64,000 bases of DNA from Lophium mytilinum. Taxonomy: Eukaryota. Shown here piece after piece: positions 48,926-62,512 of this stretch (position 1 is its first letter; each line of letters opens with the position of its first letter). The stretch is from assembly GCA_010093605.1 (NCBI GenBank), contig MU004189.1, positions 1,433,834-1,497,833 on the forward strand, read 5' to 3'. A program made the translations under genes and the position numbers. The notes under the pieces were generated by a model. That model had not been told where the DNA came from. It made no database searches and was given only the letters and a program-made list of their open reading frames with translations.

Positions 48926-50846
48926 GGCGCTTGAGCGCAGTTCGAAGGTGCGATTTCTCACAGATCCGGTTTTGTCGATTGTCGATAATCTAACGAGGGG
49001 TAGAAATGGGAGAGGTGGGTGCCAGCTCCGGTTGTTTGACGACTTTCTACGACGCCTATGCTCTTACGGATACGGCAGTCAGCTTTATACGACATAGTTA
49101 ATGATGTGACGATGTGATGGAAAGAAGATTATTCTGCAGGCTAGCGATGGCCGTCTATATCTCCACAGCTCGTAGCACGATCTCCTGTTTTTCATCTCCC
49201 TTTGTTTAATTCTTCCCAGCGGGCATGGATAAGCGTCCAAGCGAGCGAGCGAACGACAGGAATGTCCCGCGTTCATAGCGGAGCGGAGCGAGGCTTGGAG
49301 AAGGTTCTTCTTTTGGCATGGAATCAACACTGTATCATTTTGTTTCTTTCGGGGTGGGGTGGCAACTGGGCGGAAAATATACGGCGCCGGGGGCTTTTGG
49401 TGAAGGATAGCTGGTATCTTGGGAGAGGAGTCCCCTTCAAATCTAATGCTCGGATTGAGCGTCGCAAGCGCAGCCTGACTTTAGTGAACGGAGTGATGAA
49501 GCAGGACGAAAACGCCGTGCATTGAGGAGATAAGTGCGACCCATGGCTTGCGTATGCGTGGCTGCTGGGCATGCGCTCTGCAGTGCAAGCCGGGCAGCTC
49601 GAGGGCTCGCTGCTGGATCAGTGACTTTGGTGAAGGTCGCTCACGTTGCGCGCTCTCTCAATGGCGGTGGAATTGGCGCATTCCAAAGCCTCACAAACAA
49701 ACAAAACAGGCTGCGAGAGCAGAGCAGAAGGAACGTTCGCAATTCCGAGGGAGAAGGAAGGGAAAAAAGTGCAGAGACCAGGCGCAAGTATTATTTCGAC
49801 CTTTCTTCTCATGCACTGCCAGCGAAGCAGCTAAAACGGACCAGGGCGCGCGGGCCAATCAGCGGCCAGAAGGACCCTGCGACCACAAGCTGCTATCCCG
49901 ATGGGCTGTGACGTTTCGTTTGGCTGTGGGCCGCGTCCCGAACCCTGCGGAATGCAAGCCGCGATGGGAGATATTCCGTGAACGCGTTGCTTGGTGTGAG
50001 GAGGGGTTGGACGAGTGAAAGAGGGGTGTGGCGCAGGCAGGTGGCGTAAAGACAGCATGTGCACGTGACGTGTGCTACACTTAATATTTTACTTGATGTG
50101 GAGTGATCTGACTGCTCCTGAATACTATAGCCATGTGCTATTTCATGTTTGTAGAGTCGTATAGAGATGAAAGCCATTGAGTTTGATATACTAGATGTCA
50201 CGTGACTGACCATCGCGCGTTTCTTGCTTTAGTTATTTCAGTTGACCCAGCCCCTCTAAGAAGATATCATCCTGTCTGAGTGTGTGTAGGTGGGTGTTGA
50301 TGATTGGTCTTGGGTAATTGTGCACGTTGTGTAAATAAACTTGCAGAAGGCGTTTTCACGTGAAAGGCAGGCCAATTCTTCGTAGAGAAATTTCGTAGCA
50401 TAGAGCGTGCATACTCAAATTCGAAATTCAGAATGTGGTTGGTTCTTTCTAACATTATTTTCAATTGGGCTCCAGAGATAAGAAGAAAGAAAAGAGCAAT
50501 AAACTGTAGGCAGAGGGGAAAGAAGTAGAGGAGAGAGGGTGAGTAGAAGACTGCGATAGCATTTACAACTTGATGCATATCCCCTACGAGAACAGGCGGC
50601 AAAGAAGTTTGGGTGGATCTATGGCGAGGACGGAATGGAACTTGTTAACTTGTTTTACAATTAGGCGGAGTTGGTGATAGAGTGATGGTGTTGAGGTCGA
50701 GACGGCTTTAGCTAAGCCCCACCCAGCCCCTCTATCGAGAAGCTAGAGAGCCTGACCTCACACCCCATCAACTACTTCCTCCACGAAAACCGCATATCTA
50801 CGAATTACTACACACCACCCTCTCCACAACAAAACTCGTTCACACT

Positions 50847-51958
50847 ATGGCGCCACCCTCATCAGTCGTGGTGCGTTTCCCCCTCCGTAATCCTTCAAAC
50901 CCCAAGCATAGCTAACAGGCACCAGTCGAAGCTGAAAGTACAGCTCAAGCTGGCAATATCGCGCCTCCGAATGGTGCAGCAAAAGGACTCCGCTCTAGCC
51001 AAGCAGCAGCGCCGCGCAATGGCCCAACTACTAGAGGTACATCCCCAATACCCAGCTACCTCCCCCGCCCTCCTCGTCCAGACAACCCAACTAACCCCCC
51101 CTCCCCACCCACCAGGCCGGCAAGCTCGAATCCGCGCGCATCCGCGTTGAAAACATCATCCGCAGCGACATAACCACCGAGCTGCACGAAATGCTCGAGC
51201 TGTACTGCGAGCTGCTCCTCGCGCGCTCCCAGCTGCTCGACCCGCCCTCCTCCCCCTACAGCTCCCCCACCCCACATGGCGTCGCCTCCCTCGACCCCGC
51301 GCTCGAAGAGGCGGTGCGCTCCCTCATCTACGCGGCGCCCCGTACCTCGATCAAGGAACTGCACCAAGCGCGCGCGCTACTGGTGGAGAAATTCGGCAAG
51401 GACGTCGCGCTGGCGAGCATGGAGGGCGAGGGGGTTGCGGAGCGCGTGCTGAGCAAGCTGCGCATTGACACGCCGGATCGGAAGCTCGTGGATGCGTATC
51501 TCGCGGAGATTGCGCGGTTCTACGGCGTGCCGTTTGGGGAAGCAGAGGAAGTGGGGGAGGAGGATGAGGATGATGACGGGGAGGGTGGAGGAGGGATCGG
51601 GGAGTTGGCGGAGCCAGAGGGGAAGAAACAGAAGGAGAGGCTGCCTGAGGCTCCGCTGGAGATGGAACTAGGAGATGATTCGAGGAAGCAGCGTGAGGAA
51701 GACGAGGTGGCGGAGCTCGCAAAGGCAACACCGCCGCGGAAGTTTGGGCCCCAGAGCCCGCTGCGCATCACGCCGCCGAGTCCGAGTACTGATAATATTG
51801 CACCGAAGCTGCGGCTGCCAGGGCAGAGCGATGCAGCGAAGGTTCGGAAAGGGGAGGTGAAGCCGGCGGCGCCGGCAAAGAGGAAGGATGACGGGCCTGG
51901 CGGGAAGATACCAGATGTGGACGAGTTGGCGAAGAGGTTCGCGCAGCTAAAGAGGTAG
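50847..51958 (+). CDS. IST1: ESCRT-III-associated regulator of Vps4, Ist1
   Basis: Three exons; KLKVQLKLAISRLRMVQQK...GKLESARIRVENIIRSD...EMLELYCELLLAR; C-terminal MIM-like PDVDELAKRFAQLKR. Confidence 0.93.
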
Positions 51959-52484
51959 GGCTGGCTTAGGGCAGATGGGATAGCACGATGTGATGATTAC
52001 GAGGATAGACAGGACTTGGCAATGAATAGCGATGAAGATCGCGAATGCTTCGGACGATACCAATATATTGATATGGCCTGCCAGCGCAGGCTAATGGTAT
52101 TTTTCTCAACGAGGTCTAGGGATATACAGGAACCGAACTAGTATCTGCAGAACGCTTCAAAGCGAAAAAGGAAAAAAAAGCAGACGTTATGTCCACGCTG
52201 TTCAACAAGTATGCAACCACCTGACGGAATCCCAGAAATACGCGAACTTTTGCCCATGTGTCATTTACTAGAAGAGCTGTTGCTCGCACAGCCTCCATGA
52301 AACACCTTACTCAATAGACCATGATGAAACCGACACGCTATAGTCTGAAAAGACTGCCCATTGCACCAGATGTATCAGACACGGCGATGAGAAAAGTCAC
52401 GCGCTGTGCCTAGCTTTAATGAACGCCGTATCCACGAGATCATAGCCTTAGTAGTCTTAGATTTCCAAGTTTGGGGTTCGCTTC

Positions 52485-53383
52485 CTACAAGAAGCTTTGT
52501 AAATTGCAAGTTGAAGCGGACGTGTGCACATCGAGTGCACTTGTAGATACTCTTCGTATCAAACGGCGGTACCAGGAGCGGTCTGAGGGAGAGAAGGCGG
52601 GGTGCCAGGATGCGACTCTATGGATTCATCGATGTTGAGGTCTCGCATGCTATATGAGGAGTTAGACGAAAATACATGAACGTGACAAGAAAAGTAGGAA
52701 GCTTACCTTTTCGACTTTCGAAGCGAGTTCCTGCCAAACCACTTTCTGAATCCCTTGCGCTGTTTCTAAACACCAAACTGTCAGCTACCCTGGCGTGAAA
52801 GTTTCTTGTGAAGCAAGGCTTGGCGAGATATTGAAGAATCAGGCGACCAGCTTACCTCTCCATCCTCCTCCCTTCCCATACTGCTCCCGCTCCCACTCGT
52901 AGGGCTGATTGCACTACCCGCGCTGACACCGCTGCCGGCGCTACTTCCTTCCAACAACCCCACTGTTGGTGGTGCCCACCGCTCCACGTCTCCATTCACA
53001 ACCACAAACCACGCAACCTTCTCCCCGGGCGCAATCTTGTCCCTCAAATCGACCAAAGCGCCCCACGCCTCGTTCGCCACACCCCTTCCCCTCACCTCAT
53101 CAATATCAACGCCTAATTGTACTTCGTGGACCTGGTCGCAGACGTAGGCGAAGGGCTGAGACTTTGCGGTGGTGTCGGCGGGGTCATACTGCTCGATGAA
53201 GCGGAGCGAGGGGAGCGAGGCCATGAGCTCTGGGTAGAGCGTGTGGAAGTTCTGGGTCAAGGTTGCGGTCGTAGCCGGCGCCATCAGCCATTCTGCAGCT
53301 GCGTCGTCGAGGTTTTGCAGGATGATGTGGATTCGGATGAGAGGACGGGGCCAGCGGAAGCCGTGGCAGAGGTAGGTAGGCAT
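52485..53383 (-). CDS. Developmental regulator FlbE-like protein
   Basis: MPTYLCHGFRWPR..IRIHIILQNLDDAAAEW...FIEQYDP...SQPFAYVCD...WFVVVNGDVERW. Exons 53383-52856, 52765-52707, 52649-52485 (last two less certain). Confidence 0.78.
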
Positions 53384-54303
53384 TATGGGGGATTGCAGGA
53401 GCACGGCGAGGAAGGGTATGTTAGGGTATTTATTGTTTCTTTTTCTCACAACGCGTGTGAGGTCCTCGGCGTTTCGTCCTCAATTCGCGAGCCTAAGCTG
53501 GGCGACAGCTGGATGGGTTCGTGGTGTTGTTTGATATGCGCTCTCCACCAGCACAATAGACGAGTGCGTGCGTATCGTGGGCGTCCTCGCAAGGTCGGCT
53601 TGTCTGGTCCTGAGCTCAGCGTCTGAAACCGGACTAATAATGGCAAAGGTGTGGGCGCGAGGGTCGACTAACTAGGGCTGATGTTGGGTGAGTGGTGCTG
53701 GGATGGCACCTCCGGGAAAAGGGTTCAACACCAGGAATCCAGGGTTCGAGACCAGCCTTGGGGGACGGCAGCTGCTTTATCTTGTGCACAAGAGGCGGCG
53801 CTGGAACGACGTGGGATTGCACATGTCGCGCGGGCTGGATTGGGTAAAAGAAGGGAGGACAGTGGTACGTGGGCCTCGTCGTCGAGTGCTAAGCGCGTCG
53901 TTTTGAGCCGCGCAATCACCACACGGTTGAGGCTCAAGTGGTGCTGCGGCAGGGTTGGAGGTGATTCGGCGGTACCTGGATACGCGTGGAGAGCCGATGT
54001 GCATGCCTGAAGTTGATGATGATCCGAGAGTGATCGCTCTGCGGGGCGTGCTCCTGACAGCGGGTGTTGAGCTGTCGCTCGTCTGGCGGGGGTATCCATT
54101 ATGCAACCACCACCGCGTGTTGTTGTTTCGACACTGTACGGCCTTCTCATGGGCATCTGTATGGTTTAGATATATATTCCCATGTTTGACCTTCCTTAAG
54201 TCGACTTTCACCTCCGCACCTACCTGCTCCGTCTCCGCATACGGAAAGTTGCTACAGACTACTTCAACGTCACTTTTATACCACTCCACTCTAACTACTC
54301 AAG

Positions 54304-55531
54304 ATGCCTCTGTAAGCACACCTTATTCTCTCATACCCATAATGTATCTAACAATCTCAGTCACCTCCTCGCAAAGAAGTCATGGAACGTCTACAACCCC
54401 GCCAACATCGCCCGCGTTCGCGCTGATGAGGCGGATGCCGCTGCCCACGAAGAAGCAGAAGAGCAGCGCATGCAAGAAGCAGACGCCGAACGCCGCATAG
54501 CCATACTACGCGGTGTGACGCCCCCACCACTCCTCCCTGTCCCAGCAGACAGTCTCGAAACCGGACACAAGAGAGCTCGAAGCGACAGAGCGGAGGGAAA
54601 GGATAAAGATGGCTCGGGGCATGACAAAAAGCGACGGCGCATCCGTGGTGAAGACGACACCGACCGCGATATTCGCCTCGCCCAGGCCACGACTGCACCT
54701 CGTTCTGAAAACGACGACGGCCTGGGGGCTAAAGGCTGGAAGCCAAAGGTCGCTGCTGATGCGCCGCTTGTCGATCATCAAGGGCATATCAGTCTCTTCC
54801 CGGTGGATGAGAAGGCAGAGATGCAGAAGCTGCGAAAGGGCGAGCGCAACGACAAGGCTGAGCGGGATAAGAAGAAAAAGGAGAAAGATCAGGAGCAGCA
54901 AAACGGGATGCCATTGGGAGGAGGAGGAACGGGGGCCCCAGGAAAACCATGGTATTCAGCTGCAAAGGTGTCGAATGATGGGGCTCAGGGCGACGATATG
55001 CTGATAAACATGCCCACAAAGGATATGTGGGGTAAAGAAGACCCACGACGGCAAGAACGGGAAAAGAAGAGACTTGTCGCAAGTGATCCGTTTGCCGTTA
55101 TGCAGAAGGCACAGTCTCAGCTCAAGCAAGCGGAGAGGGACAGGAGGGCTTGGGCAGCGAAAAGGGAGCAAGAAATCATGGAGCTGAGGGCAATGGGCGA
55201 GCGGGAAAGGAGGCGGGAGAGGCATGGCAAGAGCAAGAGAGGGACTCATGATCAAAATGCATTAAGGGGCGTCTCGCCGGATCAGTCACCCAAGCGTGAG
55301 AGCCGGCATAGAGATGAAGAAAGGAGTTCGAAGCATCGGCGGCAAAGGAGTAGGAGCAGAGAGGACAGGCAAAGACGAAGGCCCTCTCATCGCAGCGAGC
55401 ACAGGCGAAGCCGAAGTCCAGTCCGAGAACGAAGCCCGGAGTCCAGCAAGCTTCGAGGACATCATCATGGGTCAAGGAAGCATCAAGAGGAGCGGGTTTC
55501 AGCTGACAAATACCGTCATGTACAACACTAG
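54304..55531 (+). CDS. CIR N-terminal domain protein (LENG1-like) with RS/RE-rich tail
   Basis: Exons 54304-54311 and 54361-55531 give MPLHLLAKKSWNVYNPANIARVRADEA; GHISLFP, KPWY and DPF motifs. Confidence 0.85.
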
Positions 55532-56603
55532 GAGATCAGTCTACTTACTCTTCTTCCTTACTTCGGGCCGCTTCAAAAGATACCCAACTCTTCAGACATA
55601 AAGTCAACAGTCTCATCGCGAGATTCGGTCTGAGTTCGGGTGAGTGTGGTTATCGGAAGCCTGACAGGCGAAATTTCGAGACACACAGAGCAATATCGGG
55701 AAAGCATAGACCAAGACTTAGGTAATAACTTAATACTAGAAGGGATGGTGAGGCAAGAATCACTGAGTCTATCTAGGTAGGCTTAGAAATGCGGTGTAAT
55801 ATGCACGACAGTGGCCGTAGTTCAACAGAAAAAAGCAATCCAATACTTTGAAGAATATTACGCATCCTTCCGACCACTCAATCTCCGCTAGCTCTTATGC
55901 TGACATCACATGAGTCTGCTCACGTCCTTTCTACCACTGTAGTAGTTCAATATAAGTGTCTGTGTCAAGATGAGTTGGTTTGTTTTGATCCGCATTCTGG
56001 GTTGTTGGTAATAGCTTCCTGACAGTTCTTTCACAAGTCATCACCACCTTGCAACTTCGGCGTTGGAAAGGCAATATCTGAGCTTGCACTCAGGAGGCGA
56101 CTCCTGTCCCGTCCTCTTCACCATGATGCTTTCTCAGCGCCGCATTATTAAGCTTGAGGCTGAACCCCTCGGCTATGCCACTCTTACACAGACAAGCTTC
56201 GCTAGAAGGGGTAATCTTCGCTAGCTGGGACGCCAAGTGGAGGGGCAGCTGGGATGAGCCTCTTCCACCCCACTTCATCGTCATCCGAAGATGCCTTAAA
56301 TCCGAGGAAGTTTGCTACGATCCGTGCGACAGCGGGCGGAAGAACGTATAAAAAGCTAAGGCTTGAGCTCCTTACTCGGTTCCTCAACCAAGTTCACTCT
56401 TCGTAGTACCTCCGGTGAGTAGTCGTACAAAGAGATTGACTGTGCGTTTGCTGATAGCTATATGCGACTAGGATCCACTTCGCCTTGCCGAGTACATAGC
56501 TCCTTCCCGGCAATTCAAATACCACCCCTCGCCGAACATCTTCTGCCCCGCAACACCACCTCAACGCGCAGCCTCAGTACGGTGACTTTCCACATCCTTC
56601 TCA

Positions 56604-57545
56604 ATGGCGTCTCACCAACCGGCTGCTTGCTGCACCGTCGGCGTCAAACACTCGGGCGAGTCCGTTGGAGAGCTAGGCAAGATTGGGGAGAGTACGTGAT
56701 GTTGACTGAGGGGTTCCAAATGTCGTGATTGGAAGCTGACCCAGTGACAACAGTTGATACCTACTTCTCCTACCCTAAAGACCGCAGCACCCAGAATGCC
56801 ATCCTGATCATCACCGACGTTATCGGCCATGAATTCATCAACGTGCAGCTGTACGATCTCCGTATTCCTCGTTTATCTACCTGGGCTTTGTGGATGTCTC
56901 AACTTTCCCCGCTAGCACACACTGATCATCACGTAGGATTGCTGACCAATTCGCTGCGAATGGTTATTTCGTCGTGATCCCAGACCTCTTCAAAGGCAAC
57001 CCTGTCAAACTAAACCCGCCTGAAGGCTTTGATCTATGGGAATGGCTTAAGGACTTCCAAACCAAGGACGTCGACCCAATTGTCGCTGCTACACTTAAGG
57101 AACTGCGCGGCCCGCTCGGCGCCAAGCGCATTGGCGCTGTGGGGTACTGCTTTGGCGGCAAGTACGTGTGCCGTTTCCTCAAGACCGGCCAGATCGACGT
57201 AGGGTACACCGCGCACCCGTCCTTTGTGGACGAGGAAGAGCTAGAGGGCATCCAGGGCCCGCTCAGCATCTCCGCAGCGGAGACCGATCAGGTACGATAG
57301 CAAATCGTGTTTACGGCGATTGCGTGGCTGACGTACAGCAGATCTTCCCCGCAGAAAAACGCCACAAGAGCGAGGAGATTCTGCTGAAGCTGCCGGTGCC
57401 GTATCAGATCAACTTGTTCTCTGACGTCGTTCACGGCTTTGCTGTGAGGTCCGATGTGAGCAAGAAGCGGGAGAAGTTTGCAAAGGAGCAGGCGTTTCTG
57501 CAGGCTGTAACCTGGTTCAATGAGTACCTCCTGAAATCTGAGTAA
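56604..57545 (+). CDS. Dienelactone hydrolase family alpha/beta hydrolase
   Basis: Four exons; MASHQPAACC, ILIITDVIG, PDLF, nucleophile GYCFGG, AHPSF, AAETD, HGFAVR. Confidence 0.93.
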
Positions 57546-59124
57546 GTCATCTGCTTCAAGTCTTTCCGAACGTAGACTTTGTGGGTGAGACGTTGAGGGG
57601 AAGAGGAGTGATCCAGAGAGGGTGTGAGATTTCAGCCGGATTTCTACCTCGGGGTGTTGTAAGGGGTCGAAGAGGTGACTAGGTAGAAGAAATGCCTGAC
57701 GGGACTCATTGAACACTGTTGATGATATGATCCGTTCTAGTAACCCCGCCGAAAAGTTGTGATCAGGCTGGCCATCCTGCTGTCCGTGACACTGCCACGT
57801 TGTCGCAGGCAAGTGGACGATTCAATATTGGAGGATGCCTCATGTTCAGAACCTGGCTCTCGGCTCCGAAACGTCAATGCTTTTCGGTACCTGGACTAGA
57901 TATAGCAGGCCGAGATGCACGCACTGGGGGCGGAAAGGATGCATTGGCGGCGGTAGGGAGGCATTAGTAGCGGGTTCGGCAGCTCCTTGTCGGCACGTAG
58001 CAGCTGTAATATACGATTCAGGAACTGTGAATCGCCAGCCATGAACTGCTGGGGAACATATGTACTGTACCCCCAAAGCGTAACGATGCGCCCAGGCAGA
58101 GTCTCCAGTCCAGAGAGTGGGTGACTGAGGTATCGACCTGAGTTCAGGATCCGTCTTTCAAACTTGACTATCAGCCGGTGGTTGGTGGCTTCTTCTACCG
58201 CTCACCCCTACCTGTGAAATGGAACAACGGACTCGCCAAGCGATGGAAGCAGCCTTGATATAGCAATGCAGGGGACAGATACAAGGGCTCACGTTACACT
58301 GATCCCCCCCTGAGGGTCTCTGGGCCCACATAGATCTGATTGTCCACGAGGCATTGCGCATTCAGGCACGATGACAGGCCCGAGCCTCCATCGCTCGCGT
58401 CCGATCCTCTGCGGCACCCCTGCCGCAGTGCTCGATCGAGAGTCGTTACTCACCTTCCTCTGACTGAGGCAGTGAGGCGGCCTCAAGGCATGGGCTGCGA
58501 TGGCCTCCTCGAGCTAAGCTATGGCACCATGTGTGATCGCCGGTTTGATGCACTGCGCGAAGAAAGCATCACCTTGCTGACGAAATGGCAGCACAGCAGC
58601 ACGTTGAGTCGTGGAGCCGTTCCCGGGTCGCCCGGTTTCTGGCTTCCGGTGCCGAATTGTGAACGGCGTGCAGGCGGCGGAGCACCCGATCGTATTTTGC
58701 TGAAGGATCGCCAGAGGGGCTTTCGCCAGCGACCAAGGTTTGCACACGGCTGGAAACGCCTCCCACCTACTTCCGGTTTCAGGACAGGGCTGGTGGTGAG
58801 GGGTGCGAGGCGGCGACCTCGCAATAGGGCCCAGGTAGGCCACGATGGGAACAGAGTCAGGGGGGTTGGGTCACGTGGGGCTCAGCTTTCGACGCCACGG
58901 CTGCGGAGCTATCGCAAGTCGCATTAGCACCAGCTGGCACGCACAGTGACTTGCAGTCGGCCAGCTTTCAAGCTTTGACTGGCGCGCTGTCAGCAGGCGT
59001 CCTCCATGAGAGTCTCGACGTCTTTACGGCTTCCCCACGGGGGCCCTAGTCTTCCTTAACACCCCACAGCGTGGCACCACATGAACTCGCCGCAGCCGCC
59101 GTAAATCCGCCGCAATCCAACCTC

Positions 59125-62010
59125 ATGGACGCCCATTCCCACGAGGATAGGCCTACGCCTGTCTTTCTCGGGAGCCCGCCGACTGACCGGGCGACCTTAG
59201 CCTGCCAGCCATGCCGGAGGTGCGTATTCCCTCGACCCACGAATGCCCGCTGAAGATAACCCCAACTCACGTCACACAGGCGGAAAGCCAAATGGTAAGT
59301 CCTGCGTGACCCAAGTTGCTTGAGTTGTGCGTGCTCATACCGCTCCCAGTGACCGTCTGCTTCCGAGCTGCAATGTTTGTGCCCGCACTCTGCAGACCTG
59401 CATTTACCCTGCAAAACGACTCAAGCCGGGTCCTAAAATTGGTGGGGCAACACTCTTCTTTCTCAATTCTACATTTCGTAATTCGCAAACTCACATCTTC
59501 GAGGTTCGACTCAGCGTGGCCGCAAAAGGGTCCGCTTCAACAGCCATGGCAGCATCCCGAGTCAGGACCTGCCGGCTTCGACTACGCGTGAGTACATCGC
59601 GAGTAGCCAAGAGCCAAATGCTAGAGCACCGCGCAACTCGGTTTCTGCGTATCCAACGATTAGAGAGACGAGTGGCAGCACCCAGTCCTCTTTTCAGACG
59701 ATGCCCTTAAACAACAGTCGAAGCCCCGATTCCTTCTCGCCGCCAACTAATTCAGGCACTGATGAAGAGCCCGGGGAAGGCGGCAAGGAGGGTGCACAAA
59801 TCGCCGCCGCCTTCTTGGAGACGATGAATCTAGCCAACATTATGCACCCAACGCACGAAAAGGCGGCTATGGATGCAGACAGGAGTCCTCCTTTGTGGAG
59901 CAATCACCAAGCGCCAGTGCCAGACGTTGCTCGGCAGCTGGTCTTGCAGACTTGCGATGAGCTAGGGTTCCATATAGATCAACTGAGAGTATTGTGAGTG
60001 ATATATGCCTCTTAGCCTCCGCGTTTCTCCGCTTCTGGTCGCCAACCTAATCAATAAATCCCAGGGCTCGGACATACTTTGCCAACATGACAGCATTCAC
60101 GCTGTTTCATCAGCCTACAATTCGCCAAAAAATATATGCCATAAGAGATCCTCTCCACAACAAGGCACTAATTGCAGCAATATGCTCGTTCGCTGCACGT
60201 TTTGTGGCTGGATACCCAGACGCCCCAAGGACTCCGGGGACAACTCCGAAAGAAATACCACCCATTCAGGACCACGAACGCATCCACAAGCTTGCGACGA
60301 AGTGGGTCTTGGAAGCACTAAATGAGTGCGAAGACGAGACCCCCCCGCTTTGCCTTCTTCAAGCCCTAGTACTCACGACCTTCTACAAACTAACAGAGGG
60401 AGTTCGTGGAAGAGCTTGGAGATTACTTGGAACGTGCGTTAGGATCGCATATGAGCAACGGCTCAACTTCATCGACATCGATCGGCCAGACTACAGCTCT
60501 GACGTAGAGAAATGGTGTGTGGATGAAGAACGAAGACGTTGTTGGTGGGCTATTTGGGAAATGGTATGGCTTCTATCGCTTTATATTGACTGGAATGAAG
60601 TTCTTGCTAACGAATTGTAGGACGTATTTGCTAGTTCTATCAGGCGATGTCCCGCTGCCATTGACTGGACTACAAACGAAACTTATCTTCCCGCCAAGGA
60701 TAGTCACTGGTTCAATGGGCGATACCAGAAATCTTGCGTTCTCGAGCTAAATGCTGCTGACCGAGTAAACTCTCTGAGGGAATGTGGCAATCGAGGTGCC
60801 GACGCTTGGTTCATCGTTCTTAACTCCATAATGCGCGATGCCCAATTGGTCTCTAATATATCCACTATTCTGCCAGACATCGACCCGGACAACAACGTAG
60901 CACAGATGATTCAATACTTTCAAAATCAGTTCAAAGGAAAAAAGCTAGAGGATGCAGAGAGGAAGCTGCCCGGGCTGGAAAATGCTCTACGCTCCTTCAC
61001 AGTGGCTCTTCCAACAGAGCTTGCTTACAACGGGGAATATCTTGGCTTTATGAAAGGTGAAGTCTTATCCAGTGCTACTATACTAGCCAGGAGACAGGAT
61101 GTTGCTAAACATAGCATCCACCTCACCTTTCAATACACCAAGATCATGATAAATCATCATTACGCCTTCAGGGAAATAGTGGCTGGCAAGAAGACGACCG
61201 AGAATTCAAGATACACTGGCCTTAACTGGAACATGGTAGAGCCGGAAGTACCCACAAATGCGCAAGGCCTTCAGAACTGCATGGATTCGGCGGATGACAT
61301 CCTCGCAATCCTAACACGATGCTCAGAGCAATATGTGCAATACGTCAATCCTTTCCTTGCGAGCACGATCTGGCTGGCTACGGCACTGCAAGTTCTCCGC
61401 AAGGTGTTTTCCGGCAACTCCAACCCAGACCTCATCGCATCAAAATGTGAGGTTTTGCGGAGCCACTGCGAACAGTATTCCCAGGTCTGGGGAACGCCGA
61501 TGGCGCTGATAGAGAATTTGGACTCGCTCGAGGAGCGACTTCGGGAGAAACAAAGACAAAGGTATGACATCGGAACAACGTCAGCTCACTTTGTCCCTCG
61601 AGGAAGTTCCGAAGAGAAGGCTCAATTCTCTTCTAGCAATGAACAGAATCAAGGCCCAGTGCCCGAGATGGACTGGATGACGTGGCAACAGCGGCACTAT
61701 GTCTTCAACCCGGACGCCGGTTTCAACACTGTGCAGGGCATACCGCCGCAAGAATATTATGTGCCTAATATCCCTATGGATTACGCGCAGATGCCGTACA
61801 CCGGCTTAGGTCAGTATATGATGCAGTCAACTGGCTATATAATAAACTAACTAAAGCTTAGTAGGAGAACCCTATTCAGTACCACCGCCCATGCCCGCCG
61901 CCACATCAGTCCCGGTCCAACCGATGGGGAACGTCGACCCGAGCACGGAGGTCGACACCGGATTTTCTAAATACCTGCAGACACTCATGACCGAATCTTA
62001 TACAAGATGA
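59125..62010 (+). CDS. Zn(II)2Cys6 transcription factor with fungal-specific TF domain
   Basis: Spliced ACQPCRRRKAKCDRLLPSCNVCARTLQTCIY (15-nt microexon 59280-59294); FTLFHQPT, LLQALVL...AWRLLG.CVRIAYE, EERRRCWWAIWEMD. Last exon 61866-62010 probable; internal exon boundaries partly uncertain. Confidence 0.88.
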
Positions 62011-62423
62011 TTCCTAAAAATCTACCAGCTCGTTTCACTACAGGATATGGATGCGTTGCTATCTCTTACAGTATTAGGGAATAGCTATGGAGGAAGGACA
62101 CGGAAAAGCTCACATTTTTTCTTCTCTCATTTGGCCTCGGAGTATACGATGGCGGGGTTTGGCATGGGCAACTATATACCCCTACTTTATCGACGGCGGG
62201 GATGGAGCACGGTACATTAAAATTGCATCACGTGGTTCGGGGAATGGCGTCCGGTCATGAGTACATCCACACATCTTGCGGGGGAACAGTTTATCAGTGC
62301 GAATATAGTTGTATATACATGCTCGAGATACTCATCTTAATACCAGTTAATAATTTCTGCTTCCATAAAGACGGCAGGACGGCTTGTAAACATGTGACCC
62401 TTAACTTTTGTGGCCCGTGCGTT

Positions 62424-62441
62424 ACGCGAGACGCGACGCGT
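62424..62441. promoter_or_regulatory. MCB-like cluster (ACGCGA, ACGCGA, ACGCGT) upstream of MSH2
   Basis: Three closely spaced ACGCG cores 70-90 bp before the ATG; MBF control of MSH2 is known in yeast. Confidence 0.6.
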
Positions 62442-62512
62442 TCTCTTAGATGATCTCCGCATTTCTCCAAAGCCACTGCAAACCGTCGCGGTAACCTTGC
62501 TACTGAATCAAT

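Noticed and set aside
49202..50602. Cluster of short ORFs between ARL8 and IST1
   Set aside because: Mostly non-ATG starts and no coherent exon model; a small gene or lncRNA cannot be excluded.
58340..58927. 195-aa ORF upstream of the Zn2Cys6 gene
   Set aside because: TTG start, GC-rich promoter-like sequence open in several frames, no recognisable domain.
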